Below, piece by piece: positions 1 to 10,789 of a stretch of 64,000 nucleotides of DNA (positions within the stretch are counted from its first letter, which is position 1; each line of letters starts with the position of its first letter). Origin of the DNA: Mobula hypostoma (taxonomy: Eukaryota); NCBI RefSeq assembly GCF_963921235.1, contig NC_086097.1, positions 223,388,001-223,452,000 on the forward strand, given 5' to 3'. Below the pieces are notes generated by a model that was given only the letters and a program-made list of their open reading frames with translations, was not told the origin of the DNA and ran no database searches. The position numbers were made by a program, and so were the translations under genes.

Positions 1-229
1 TAATAAATGCAGCAAAATGGTGCAGATCCAGGGGATTCACTGATGCTCAGTGCCTCTGCTGCTACAAAGATACTGTGGGGAAACACTGCAGCATAGAGCC
101 CCCAGTTCGATACCACTGAACACTATGAAGGCCTAGGTCCTACGTAATATCCTTTCAAATCAATTGTACACTTGGAACTGAAAAATTGATGCCATGCTGA
201 CACCATGTACTTATTGTAAGCAAATGTTC

Positions 230-865
230 AAAGTTCAAAGTAAATTTATTATGAAAGTAAGTGTATGTCACCATATAGCAACCCTCAAGATTCATGTTCC
301 TTCAGGCATTCAGAACAAAACAAAATGCAATAGAATCAATGAAAAACCACACACAAATTGTGACAAACAACCAATGAGAAAAGACGAGAATCTAAGCAAG
401 CAAGCATATCTAATAGGAGTTGTAGAATCATTGAAAGTGAGCCCATAGGTTGTGGAATCAGTTTGGAGTTGACATGAAGTTATCTACACTGTTTCAGGAG
501 GCTGATGGTTGAAGGGTAATAACCGTTTTTGGACATGGCTGTGTGGGACCCAAGGGTCCTGTACCTCCTTCCCAATGGTAGCTGCGAGAAGAGAGCTTTG
601 CCTGGATGGTGGTGGTCCTTGATGATGGATGCTGCTTTCTTGCAGCAGCTCTCCTTGTCAATGTACTCAATGGTGGGGAGGGCTTTGCCTGTGATAGACT
701 GGGCTGTATTGAAGACTTTTCCGTTCCTGGGCTTTAGGGTTTCCAGACCAGGCCATGATGCAACAGGTCAGGATACTCTCCATTGTGTATCTTACAGAAG
801 TTTATCAAAGTTTTAGATGCTGTGCCAATTCTGCACAAACATTTAAGAAAGTAGAGGCGCTGTTG
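230..865 (-). mobile_element. Decayed Rex1/Babar-type LINE 3' fragment
   Basis: Reverse complement resembles the KAASIIKD..HP..LP.GRRYR region. Confidence 0.6.
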
Positions 866-2671
866 CTTCGTTATAATGATGTGCTTGAGCTGGCTGTGCT
901 CCAGATGAGACCATCATCCATCTTCTTTAGGAGTACATGTTTAGCAAGAATGTGATTTCAAAGGCCACCTCAGCAGTGGTCTTTACTGAGGTTCACCCGA
1001 GCAGGAGCGTAACACAGCACTCTCTCATCAGTATTAAAGGAGTAACTGTACACTCGGGAAATAAAGTACATTTTAGGGCAGAAAACTTGAAAGCATTGAT
1101 CATCCATTTATGGAAGCAATATCCCGCTGGAATTTCTGACTGCATCAGAATCAGCAGGGAGTTATTTACAATACTAGCAGACTGAAGAGCCAGGATAAAG
1201 GGCTCCAGCTTTACACTTCCCCTGGCAAAAATCCAAACTGAATTTATCTGTACTACATCTACGGAAAGAATAAATTAAGCCCTCATTATCCATCCCTCCT
1301 TTTCTGTACTTGCTACAACAAAGCATTAGTGGAAGTTTCAATCGGGGAAAAAAACTGAGCTTGCAAACGTGACTTCAAATATGCGTACATTATTGTCAGG
1401 GCATGAGAAGAGCAAGGATTTTAACAGAGGTCAGTATGTTTTTATAATGCATCTCCAAATAATTTCTTTAATTGGTTCTCTGAGCATCTGGTTCTGAATC
1501 ACGACAGTTGGGTTACATTACCTCAGTAAAGTTTAGATTTGCAGCCCTTCACTAAAAGCTGATTATTTCCAGCCAAAGAGCTTGCTCGGTATGTATGTTT
1601 TACACATAGACTATCATTGTGGCAGATGATTTTGTGATGTTATTTAATGAGCTGCTTCATATTACAACACTATAAAATTTAAACATTTTTGACTGAATTA
1701 AAGTTCACTGCAATTGGTTGCAAGATGACACCATAAAATTAGTGCCAAATCTGCTCCCATCTCTTATTTGTATACTAGATTCCATGACATTTGGGGGGGG
1801 GGGCAACAAAGAAATAGAATTTGAGACTATCACAGAATTAAGAAATTGTAGTAAAAGTAACACAATAATCTGGGAGAACCTACTGCTATTCTATTGATAT
1901 TCTTATTTCTATTGCCATACAAGTACTATAGCAAATAATGTAAACTTGTGTAAAGTGAACCAGTTTCTCTTCCTGCAGTATTATTTGAGGACTATATTAT
2001 ATATTCCTTTTCAACATTTAGAATGCTGATATAATCAGACACCTGTGGTAATCTTATAAAAGCCCTGAAAACCATATAGTTAGTGAAGGGAAAAGACAAA
2101 GCAGCAATAACAGAACTAGTGTCTCCTTGTGTTAAAATTCTATTGAAAGGTACTTCTATTCATGCACTGGGTGTGGTATCACCGGTAATACCCATCCCCA
2201 ACTGTCCTTGAGGTGAAGGGAGCCAGTTTCTGCACAGTTGCAATCCTTACAATGAAAACTGAGCCATGCCACAAGGATCTGGCCCACTATTGATGAAGAA
2301 ACAAAAATATAATTCTTAGGATAGTTTGTTACTAGGAGGAACTTGAATGTAATTGCTGGCCAATATTTATGTTGCTCTAGCCTTGGCATTACTATTTATT
2401 ATGGCTAACTTTGAATATTTTCTTTATTGTAAATCAATATGCATCTATATAAAGCACAATCTAAGGAGTTACAAACAATAGCAAACACAGTACAATTGTT
2501 GATGAACATTCTTGCTCCTGACATTATCATGGAAGAAGTTTTGGTGCTAAAACAGTAATATTCCCCTTTGGAACTTTAGCATCAAAAGCCTGAAGCTGAA
2601 GTAGTAAGAAGCGGTCAAAAGGTAGTTTCTGATCGCATTATCAACTTCACCTTGGATCAATCTAAAGATTA

Positions 2672-2976
2672 GGTTTACTTGTCACATATACACTGAAACT
2701 TCGAATGAAATGTGCTGGTTATGTCAATGATCAGCACAGTCCGAGGATGTGCTGGGGGTAGCTCGCAAATGTTGCCATGTTTCCAGCACCAATATTGCAT
2801 GCCCAATAACTTACTAACCCTAACCCATATGTCCTTGGAATGTGGGAGGAAACTGGAGCACCCAGAGGAAACCCACGTGCTCACGGGCAGAATGTATAAA
2901 CTCCTTACGGACAGCAGTGGGAATTGAACTCGGCTCACTGGCATTGTAATGTGTTATGCTAACCACTACACTACCC
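2672..2976 (-). mobile_element. tRNA-derived V-SINE (HE1-related)
   Basis: Minus strand: A-box TAGTGTAGTGG, B-box GAGTTCAATTCC, central GTGGGTTTCCTCTGGGTGCTCCAGTTTCCTCCCACA. Related copies at about 17995-18250 and 61390-61630. Confidence 0.75.
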
Positions 2977-3134
2977 CAACCACACCTCCCTCAACTTGAA
3001 ATGACTGAAAATAGACTGTTGGTGCAGTAATTGGGCAGGAAAGAGTTTTTTTGGCGTAAAGCACATTTCTAGGCTATTTACATCAAAGTTGCTGGTGAAC
3101 GCAGCAGGCCAAGCAGCATCTATAGGAAGAGGTG

Positions 3135-3176
3135 CAGTCGACGTTTCAGGCCGAGACCCTTCGTCAGGACTAACTG
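3135..3176 (-). ncRNA. Minimal type I hammerhead ribozyme motif (3' pLTR)
   Basis: Minus strand reads AGUC-CUGACGA-AGG(gucucgg)CCU-GAAAC-GUC^GACUG: conserved core, stem I AGUC/GACU, stem II AGG/CCU, loopless palindromic ACGU stem III. Confidence 0.85.
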
Positions 3177-3460
3177 AAGGAAGAGTGAGTAAGGGATTTG
3201 AAAGCTGGAGGGGGAGGGGGAGATGCAAAATGATAGGAGAAGACAGGAGGGGGAGGGATGGAGCTGAGAGCTGGACAGGTGATAGGCAAAAGGGGATACG
3301 AGAGGATCATGGGACAGGAGGTCCGGGAAGAAAGACGGGGGGGGGTGACCCAGAGGATGGGCAAGAGGTATATTCAGAGGGCAGAGGGAGAAAAAGGAGA
3401 GTGAGAGAAAGAATGTGCATAAAAATGAGTAACAGCTGGGGTACGAGGGGGAGGTGGGGC

Positions 3461-6400
3461 CTAGCGGAAGTTAGAGAAGTCAATGTTCATGCCATCAGGT
3501 TGGAGGCTACCCAGACGGAATATAAGGTGTTGTTCCTCCAACCTGAGTGTGGCTTCATCTTTACAGTAGAGGAGGCCGTGGATAGACATGTCAGAATGGG
3601 AATGGGATGTGGAATTAAAATGTGTGGCCACTGGGAGATCCTGCTTTCTCTGGCGGACAGAGCGTAGATGTTCAGCAAAGCGGTCTCCCAGTCTGCGTCG
3701 GGTCTCACCAATATATAAAAGGCCACATCGGGAGCACCGGACGCAGTATATCACCCCAGTCGACTCACAGGTGCAGTGATGCCTCACCTGGAAGGACTGT
3801 TTGGGGCCCTGAATGGTGGTAAGGGAGGAAGTGTAAGGGCATGTGTAGCACTTGTTCCGCTTACACGGATAAGTGCCAGGAGGGAGATCAGTGGGGAGGG
3901 ATGGGGGGGACGAATGGACAAGGAAGTTGTGTAGGGAGCGATCCCTGCGGAATGCAGAGAGAGGGGGGGAGGGAAAGATGTGCTTAGTGGTGGGATCCCG
4001 TTGGAGGTGGCGGAAGTTACGGAGAATAATATGTTGGACCCGGAGGCTGGTGGGGTGGTAGGTGAGGACCAGGGGAACCCTATTCCTAGTGGGGTGGTGG
4101 GAGGATGGAGTGAGAGCAGATGTACGTGAAATGGAGGAGATGCGTTTAAGAGCAGAGTTGATAGTGGAGGAAGGGAAGCCCCTTTCTTTAAAAAATGAAG
4201 ACATCTCCCTCGTCCTAGAATGAAAAGCCTCATCCTGAGAGCAGATGCGGCGGAGACGGAGGAATTGCGAGAAGGGGATGGCGTTTTTGCAAGAGACAGG
4301 GTGAGAAGAGGAATAGTCCAGATAGCTGTGAGAGTCAGTAGGCTTATAGTAGACATCAGTGGATAAGCTGTCTCCAGAGACAGAGACAGAAAGATCAAGA
4401 AAGGGGAGGGAGGTGTCGGAAATGGACCAGGTAAACTTGAGGGCAGGGTGAAAGTTGGAGGCAAAGTTAATAAAGTCAACGAGTTCTGCATGCGTGCAGG
4501 AAGCAGCGCCAATGCAGTCGTCGATATAGCGAAGGAAAAGTGGGGGACAGATACCAGAATAGGCACGGAACATAGATTGTTCCACAAACCCAACAAAAAG
4601 GCAGGCATAGCTAGGACCCATACGGGTGCCCATAGCTACACCTTTAGTTTGGAGGAAATGGGAGGAGTAAAAGGAGAAATTATTAAGAGTAAGGACTAAT
4701 TCCGCTCGACGGAGCAGAGTGGTGGTAGAGGGGAACTGATTAGGTCTGGAATCCAAAAAGAAGCGTAGAGCTTTGAGACCTTCCTGATGGGGGATGGAAG
4801 TATATAAGGACTGGACATCCATGGTGAAAATAAAGCGGTGGGGGCCAGGGAACTTAAAATCATCGAAAAGTTTAAGAGCGTGAGCAGTGTCAGGAACATA
4901 GGTCGGAAGGGATTGAACAAGGGGTGATAAAACAGTGTCGAGGTATGCAGAAACGAGTTCGGTGGGGCAGGAGCAAGCTGAGACAATAGGTCGGCCAGGA
5001 CAGGCAGGTGTGTGGATCTTGGGTAGGAGGTAGAAACGGGAAGTGCGGGGTGTGGGAACTATAAGGTTGGTAGCAGTGGATGGGAGATCCCCTGAGCGGA
5101 TAAAGTCGTTGATAGTGTGGGAGACAATGGCCTGGTGCTCCTTGGTGGGGTCACGATCGAGGGGTAAATAAGAGGAGGTATCCGCGAGTTGTCGCTGTGC
5201 CTCGGCAAGGTAGAGGTCAGTACGCCAGACTACAACAGCACCCCCTTTATCAGCGGGTTTAATAATAAGGTTAGGATTAGTGCGGAGGGAGTGGAGAGCA
5301 GAGCGTTCCGAAGGAGTGAGGTTGGAATGGGGACAAGGTGCGGTGAAGTCGAGACGGTTGATGTCCCGTCGGCAGTTGGCAATAAAGAGATCCAGAGCAG
5401 GCAGAAGACCAGAGCGGGGTGTCCATGAAGAAGAGGAGGGTTGAAGACGGGAGAAGGGGTCATCGGTGGGGGTGGAAGAGTCCTTGCCGAAGAAGTAGGC
5501 TCGGAGACGGAGACGGCGGAAGAAAAGTTCCGCATCGTGGCGAACACGGAACTCGCTGAGGTGTGGGCGAAGGGAGACAAAGGTGAGGCCCTTACTGAGA
5601 ACAGAGCGCTCTGCCTCCAACAGTTGAAGGTCGGAGGGGATGGTAAAGACCCAGCACGGATGAGAGCTGGGATCAGAGGGGGGAGAGGGGAGGCTGGGGG
5701 TGTCAGTGGAGAGGGGAGGGTTGGGGTGAGAGGAAGATGGAGCCTCTGAGGGCCCAGGAGCTGACGGTGGGATCTGAGGAAGACGGGGCTGTGGAGTGGT
5801 GGTGGGGGAAGGGGAGACGGGAGTCACAACAGCAGCACATAAAGACCCGGCCTGGAGTTCAAGGCTGGAGTCGCAGTTGGTGGTTGTGCAATCGCTGTGA
5901 AGGTGTCCATGGTCGTTGCTGGAGTCCGGGTTTTGAATATGTCCTGAGGTGTTGGAGCCGCCGAGATCAATGGCAGGGGCCGCAATTGAAAGTTCATGCC
6001 TGCTAGCGTCGGGGCCGGCAGGCTTTGGAGTCCGTAGATGTAAGATCTTGCGATCTTTGCCTAACATGACAAAGTCAAAAAAACGGCGATTGCAGGCGTG
6101 GATCCAACGGAGGATGAAATACCGGGTAGGACCATTACAGACGGCGAAGAAAGTGTCCCGAAGGTGTGGAAGGGTCTGGGATAGGGACACCAAGTACCTC
6201 CTCATGGCGGAGAGCGTCGCCTTCAGAGCTTGACGGGAGAAGCAGCGAGAGGCAGAGTCAATAAAATGTGAGTACCTGGGATCCTCAGAAGGTCCAAATT
6301 GAGAGGCTTGGAAACGAATCCTAAAGCCAACTGGAGTAAGTTGGCGACGGAGGCACGTTCCAAGAAAGGATACATGGCTGTGATAGCGAGTTTGAGTCAA

Positions 6401-6511
6401 AGTGTGGTCGAAAAGTTGAAGAGCCGAAGAAATTACAGATGGGGAGCAGTGAGAGATGGTTTCACTGAACTCCCGTCGAAGAGAAGATCTAAACTTCTTC
6501 GGTGTAGGCAT
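3461..6511 (-). CDS. PLE polyprotein: N-terminal domain, Pro/Ser-rich linker, reverse transcriptase, Cys-rich linker, GIY-YIG endonuclease (1016 aa from first ATG)
   Basis: Motifs IIKPADKGGAVV, FYLLPKIH, PGRPIVS, FTMDVQSLYTSIP, QTKGVAMGT, LRYIDD, LPFLD; linker CKRNKCYTC; endonuclease VIYCVRCSRCGLLYIGETRRRLGDRFAEH...HFNSTSH. The first ATG is at 6511; the ORF-track start at 6589 is non-ATG. Confidence 0.92.
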   Translation of the reverse strand: MPTPKKFRSSLRREFSETISHCSPSVISSALQLFDHTLTQTRYHSHVSFLGTCLRRQLTPVGFRIRFQASQFGPSEDPRYSHFIDSASRCFSRQALKATLSAMRRYLVSLSQTLPHLRDTFFAVCNGPTRYFILRWIHACNRRFFDFVMLGKDRKILHLRTPKPAGPDASRHELSIAAPAIDLGGSNTSGHIQNPDSSNDHGHLHSDCTTTNCDSSLELQAGSLCAAVVTPVSPSPTTTPQPRLPQIPPSAPGPSEAPSSSHPNPPLSTDTPSLPSPPSDPSSHPCWVFTIPSDLQLLEAERSVLSKGLTFVSLRPHLSEFRVRHDAELFFRRLRLRAYFFGKDSSTPTDDPFSRLQPSSSSWTPRSGLLPALDLFIANCRRDINRLDFTAPCPHSNLTPSERSALHSLRTNPNLIIKPADKGGAVVVWRTDLYLAEAQRQLADTSSYLPLDRDPTKEHQAIVSHTINDFIRSGDLPSTATNLIVPTPRTSRFYLLPKIHTPACPGRPIVSACSCPTELVSAYLDTVLSPLVQSLPTYVPDTAHALKLFDDFKFPGPHRFIFTMDVQSLYTSIPHQEGLKALRFFLDSRPNQFPSTTTLLRRAELVLTLNNFSFYSSHFLQTKGVAMGTRMGPSYACLFVGFVEQSMFRAYSGICPPLFLRYIDDCIGAASCTHAELVDFINFASNFHPALKFTWSISDTSLPFLDLSVSVSGDSLSTDVYYKPTDSHSYLDYSSSHPVSCKNAIPFSQFLRLRRICSQDEAFHSRTREMSSFFKERGFPSSTINSALKRISSISRTSALTPSSHHPTRNRVPLVLTYHPTSLRVQHIILRNFRHLQRDPTTKHIFPSPPLSAFRRDRSLHNFLVHSSPPSLPTDLPPGTYPCKRNKCYTCPYTSSLTTIQGPKQSFQVRHHCTCESTGVIYCVRCSRCGLLYIGETRRRLGDRFAEHLRSVRQRKQDLPVATHFNSTSHSHSDMSIHGLLYCKDEATLRLEEQHLIFRLGSLQPDGMNIDFSNFR

Positions 6512-6547
6512 CACCGGAAGAGGCTTCGCAGTAGTGAATTTAAACGC

Positions 6548-7183
6548 AAACAACAGGAATTCTGCAGATGCTGGAAATTCAAGCAACATACATCAAAGTT
6601 GCTGGTGAACGCAGCAGGCCAAGCAGCATCTATAGGAAGAGGCGCAGTCGACGTTTCAGGCCGAGACCCTTCGTCAGAACTAACTGAAGGAAGAGTGAGT
6701 AAGGGATTTGAAAGCTGGAGGGGGAGGGGGAGATGCAAAATGATAGGAGAAGACAGGAGGGGGAGGGATAGAGCCGAGAGCTGGACAGGTGATAGGCAAA
6801 AGGGGATACGAGAGGATCATGGGACAGGAGGTCCGGGAAGAAAGACGGGGGGGGGTGACCCAGAGGATGGGCAAGAGGTATATTCAGAGGGACAGAGGGA
6901 GAAAAAGGAGAGTGAGAGAAAGAATGTGTGCATAAAAATGAGTAACAGCTGGGGTACGAGGGAGAGGTGGGGCCTAGCGGAAGTTAGAGAAGTCAATGTT
7001 CATGCCATCAGGTTGGAGGCGACCCAGACGGAATATAAGGTGTTGTTCCTCCAACCTGAGTGTGGCTTCATCTTTACAGTAGAGGAGGCCGTGGATAGAC
7101 ATGTCAGAATGGGAATGGGATGTGGAATTAAAATGTGTGGCCACTGGGAGATCCTGCTTTCTCTAGCGGACAGAGCGTAGATG
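6548..7183 (-). repeat. Upstream pseudo-LTR of the PLE (end of ORF, 3'UTR and tail)
   Basis: Direct repeat of 3079-3670, plus about 40 extra nt (AAACAACAGGAATTCTGCAGATGCTGGAAATTCAAGCAACA on +) that are missing from the downstream copy. Confidence 0.9.
6645..6686 (-). ncRNA. Minimal hammerhead ribozyme motif (5' pLTR)
   Basis: Same core; stem I reads AGUU/GACU, so a C-G pair becomes U.G. Confidence 0.82.
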
Positions 7184-7258
7184 GCTGGAAATTCAAGCAA
7201 CATACATCAAAGTTGCTGGTGAACGCAGCAGGCCAAGCAGCATCTATAGGAAGAGGTG

Positions 7259-7300
7259 CAGTCGACGTTTCAGGCCGAGACCCTTCGTCAGGACTAACTG
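7259..7300 (-). ncRNA. Minimal hammerhead ribozyme motif (third tandem copy)
   Basis: Identical to 3135-3176. Confidence 0.85.
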
Positions 7301-8708
7301 AAGGAAGAGTGAGTAAGGGATTTGAAAGCTGGAGGGGGAGGGGGAGATGCAACTTCACCAGCTGGATACCAATGTTATAGCTATCGCGGAAGGGCATGGC
7401 TGATTCAGCAGCAGACTTCAGCACAATAGCAGGGATACTGCCTGGCCCAATTGCCTTTGTTACGTCCGGTGTGTTCAGCTACTTCTATCATATGGAATGG
7501 AACGAATTGAATTGGATGGAGACCAAATTTTGTGATGCGCAGGATTTTCAAGGGAAGACAGATGAATCGACAGCTTGACACTTATGGTTGCAAATGTTTC
7601 ACCCTTGCCTTTTGCATTTTCATGCTTGAGTTCTGTTTCATACTTAGTTTAATTTTCAACCACCGTTCACGCGTAGATATGTTTAATCTGACTTAACCAT
7701 TGCAGAAGAGCTTAGCTGTGATAGTTGACAGTCTGTAGCCTCACCAGGTGGGTATTGCTGCCCTTCTGCATTGTTCACATAATCACCACTGGCTGAACAG
7801 TTTCCCGTTCCTTCTGACAATTAACACCAGCCTCTCACAGGGTGCTTGTTGGAGGTAACATGCAACATTGCAGTGAAAAAGATTTAAGAGGAGGAGTTGG
7901 GCTAATGATGCAGCCTTTTTTGACACAAATGCTCACTAAGAATGGATCGGTTTTATATACACTGATCAATATCATAAAGCAAGTAAAAACCGGAGATCAA
8001 TTTCTGTGGGCAGCGAAACTTCAGCAGTCCGTTCCCATTCAGATTGATGGATTCAACAGTAAAGGCAATAAATGCAACTTGCAGTGGCTGATACAGCTCT
8101 CAGCACTTTTCTTGAAGTTGTGTGGTGAAGATCATGACCACTAGGTCTCTGGATGGAAATCACAGTGATTCCGGGAGTTACCTGTCAAGCACTGGAGGAG
8201 ATGGCTGTGGAGGAAGCTTGGACTGTTGCACCAGCTACCACATGAACTTCACAGAGCAAGATCTTGATCTGACAGCATGGGGGGGATAAAGACAACTGGA
8301 GACCAGTCTCTCCTGTATGGATATTTATACTTACATATAGGTCAGCACAAGTGTAGGTGGTGTACACATACATGCATGCATTGTGGGTTTAAACACTGTG
8401 GCTTCTCACACCCTTCTTGCCTGCACACCTTGCTACCGACCAGGTGCAAGGGGTTCTGTACGGACACCTATGTGTACGGACCTCTGCTTTCAGCTATCCA
8501 TCCTCCCTCTGGAACTGGATCCTTGACTTCCTCGCCAGGAGACCACAGTCAGCGTGGATTGGAAATAACACCTCCTCTTTGCTTACGATTAACACTGGCA
8601 CACTTAGCCCACTGCCCTACTCTCTCTACACCCATCAGTCTGACTAGGCACAGTTCAAAAGCCATCTATAAATTTGCCAATTACACAACTATTGTTGGCA
8701 GAATAACA

Positions 8709-10745
8709 CACGCAAAATGATGAGGAACTCAGCAGATCAGGCAGCATCTATGGAAATGAATAAACAGTTGACATTTTGGCCCGAGACCGTTTCTCAGGAT
8801 TGGAATGGAAGAGGGAATACGCCAGATTAAAAAGGTGAGGGGAGGGGATGGAGAGCTAGAAGGTGATAGGTAAAGCCCTGTGGGTAGGAAAGATAAAAGG
8901 CTAGAGAGGAAGGAATCCAATAGATTAGATTAGATTCAACTTTATTGTCATTGTGCTGAATGCAGTTAGTATCTAACCAGAAGTACAAAGAATAGTGTTA
9001 TTTACAAAATAACTGCGAATAAGAAGTAAGTGCTACAGCACACAAATATAAAAGTACTGAGACAGTACAAGATGGGTGCAATACTGCTTAGCGCTGTGAT
9101 GTGAGGTTCAGCAGGGTCACAGCTTCAGGGAAGAAGCTCTTCCTGTGCCTGCTGGTGTGGGAGCGGAGGCTCCTGTAGCGCCTACCGGATGGGAGGAGAG
9201 TAAAAAGTCCATGGATAGGGTGAGATGCATCCTTGACAATGCTTTTCACCCTGCCCAGGTAGCGTTTATAGTAGATGTTCTCAATGGTGGGCAATTGGGT
9301 GCCGATAATCCGCTGGGCAGTTTTCACCACAGGCTGGAGAGCTTTGCGGTCTGATACGGGACAATTGCCATACCACACTGAGATGCAGTTGCTGAGTATG
9401 CTCTCAATGGTACAGCAGTAAAAGTCCGTCAGTATCCTGGGACAGAGGTGAGCTTTCTTGATGCTCCGCAGGAAATAATGGCGCTGTTGCTCCTTTTTGA
9501 TCAGGATGGAGGAGTTCAGGGACCAAGTGAGATCCTTGAAAATGTGGACACCAAAGAATCTGAAGCTTGATACACGCTCCGCTACAGCTCCGTTGATGTA
9601 GATGGGGACGTGAGTGTGGCTTCTAGCATGCCTGAAGTCCACAATGATCTCCTTGGTCTTCTGGGTGTTAAGGCCAGGTTGTTGTCGGCACACCGCGCGG
9701 CCAGGTGCTGGACCTCGTCCCTGTAGGCCGTCTCGTCATCCCCTCTGCTCAGGCCAACCACTGTGGTGTCGTCTGCGAACTTGGTTATGGAGTTAGAACC
9801 ATGTACAGCAACGCAGTCATAGGTGAAAAAGTACAGAAGAGAGCTCAGCACACAGCCTTGAGGCACGCCGGTGTTCAGGGTGAGAGTGGAGGAGAGGTTG
9901 TTTAACTTAACTGACTGGGGTCTGTTAGTCAGAAAGTCCAAGGTCTGATTGCAGAGGGATGAGCTGACACCAAGCTGACAAAGTTTGGTGATCAGCTTGG
10001 AGGGGATCACAGTATTGAATGCCGAACTAAAGTCAATGAACAGCATTCTGACGCAAGAGTTGGGGCTGTTCAGGTGGGGCAGGGCAGAGTGAAGTGCCGT
10101 GGAGATGGCGTCCTCTGTTGACCTGTTGGTGCGATAGGCAAATTGATGGGGTCCAGGGTAATGGGCAGACAGGATTTCAGATGTGATAGAACCAGTCTCT
10201 GAAAGCACTTTGCAATGATGGGGGTGAGTGCAACTGGGCAGAAGTCATTCATACCCGTGGCAGTGGAATGCTTTGGCACTGGCACGATGGTGGCGATCTT
10301 GAAGCTTGTGGGGACAACTGCCTGGGCCAGGGAAAGATTAAAAATGTCCATGAAGACATTTTTAATAGGAGAGCAGCGTGGGCGCAGGAGAAAGGGAGGG
10401 AGGAGGAGACAAAGGGGTTGGTGATAGGCATGTGAGAAGAGGTAAGGGGCCAGAGTGGGGAATACAAGAAGGAGGGGGATAACTTTTTTTTAAATGTTGG
10501 AGCAGGAATGAGAATTGGAATTAAAACATTTGGCCACTGGGAAGTTCTACTTTAGGTGGATGGAGCTCAGGTGCTTGATGAAATAGTCCCCCAATTTACG
10601 ACAGATCTCAGCATTGCAGAGGAGACTGCACCAGACACAATAGACGATCCCAGCAGATTTGCAGGTGAAGGGTTGCCTCACCTAAAATGACTGGAGCCAT
10701 GAATGGAGGTGAGGGAGGAGGTGAATGGGCAGATGTATTGTTTGC
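8709..10745 (-). mobile_element. Old PLE 3' fragment split by a Rex1/Babar insertion (PLE parts about 8709-8923 and 10364-10745)
   Basis: Similar to the pLTR, 3'UTR and GIY-YIG region of the intact element on both sides of the insert. Confidence 0.7.
8924..10363 (-). mobile_element. Rex1/Babar-type LINE, 5'-truncated, frameshifted RT
   Basis: ORF pieces 10070-10351, 9582-10208 ([34 protein letters not shown]), 9088-9693 (LPSGRRYRS...SFFPEAVTLLN); AATAAA plus (TCTAA)n tail; possible AATAG TSD. Confidence 0.85.
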
Positions 10746-10789
10746 AGTATTTCAGATGGTAACCAGGTGGTGTACAGGAGTGAGACAGA

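Larger units (their letters stand above)
3079..7352 (-). mobile_element. Full-length Penelope-like retroelement (Neptune-type) with partial-tandem pseudo-LTRs
   Basis: Intact RT+GIY-YIG ORF. The 3' end (3079-3670) is repeated upstream at 6589-7183 with about ten differences, and a third shorter copy lies at 7184-7352. No TSD seen. Confidence 0.93.

Noticed and set aside
2915..2976. tRNA gene
   Set aside because: A and B boxes belong to a SINE head that continues into a V-domain; no full cloverleaf.
3461..6511. Telomerase, retron or group II intron RT, or a selenoprotein-type PLE
   Set aside because: C-terminal GIY-YIG and pLTRs identify a canonical PLE; there is no in-frame TGA.
6299..7180. 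293-aa plus-strand ORF (also 3089-3667 and other LVNAAGQAAS ORFs)
   Set aside because: Antisense reading of the PLE pLTR; frames differ between copies because of indels; no recognisable domain.
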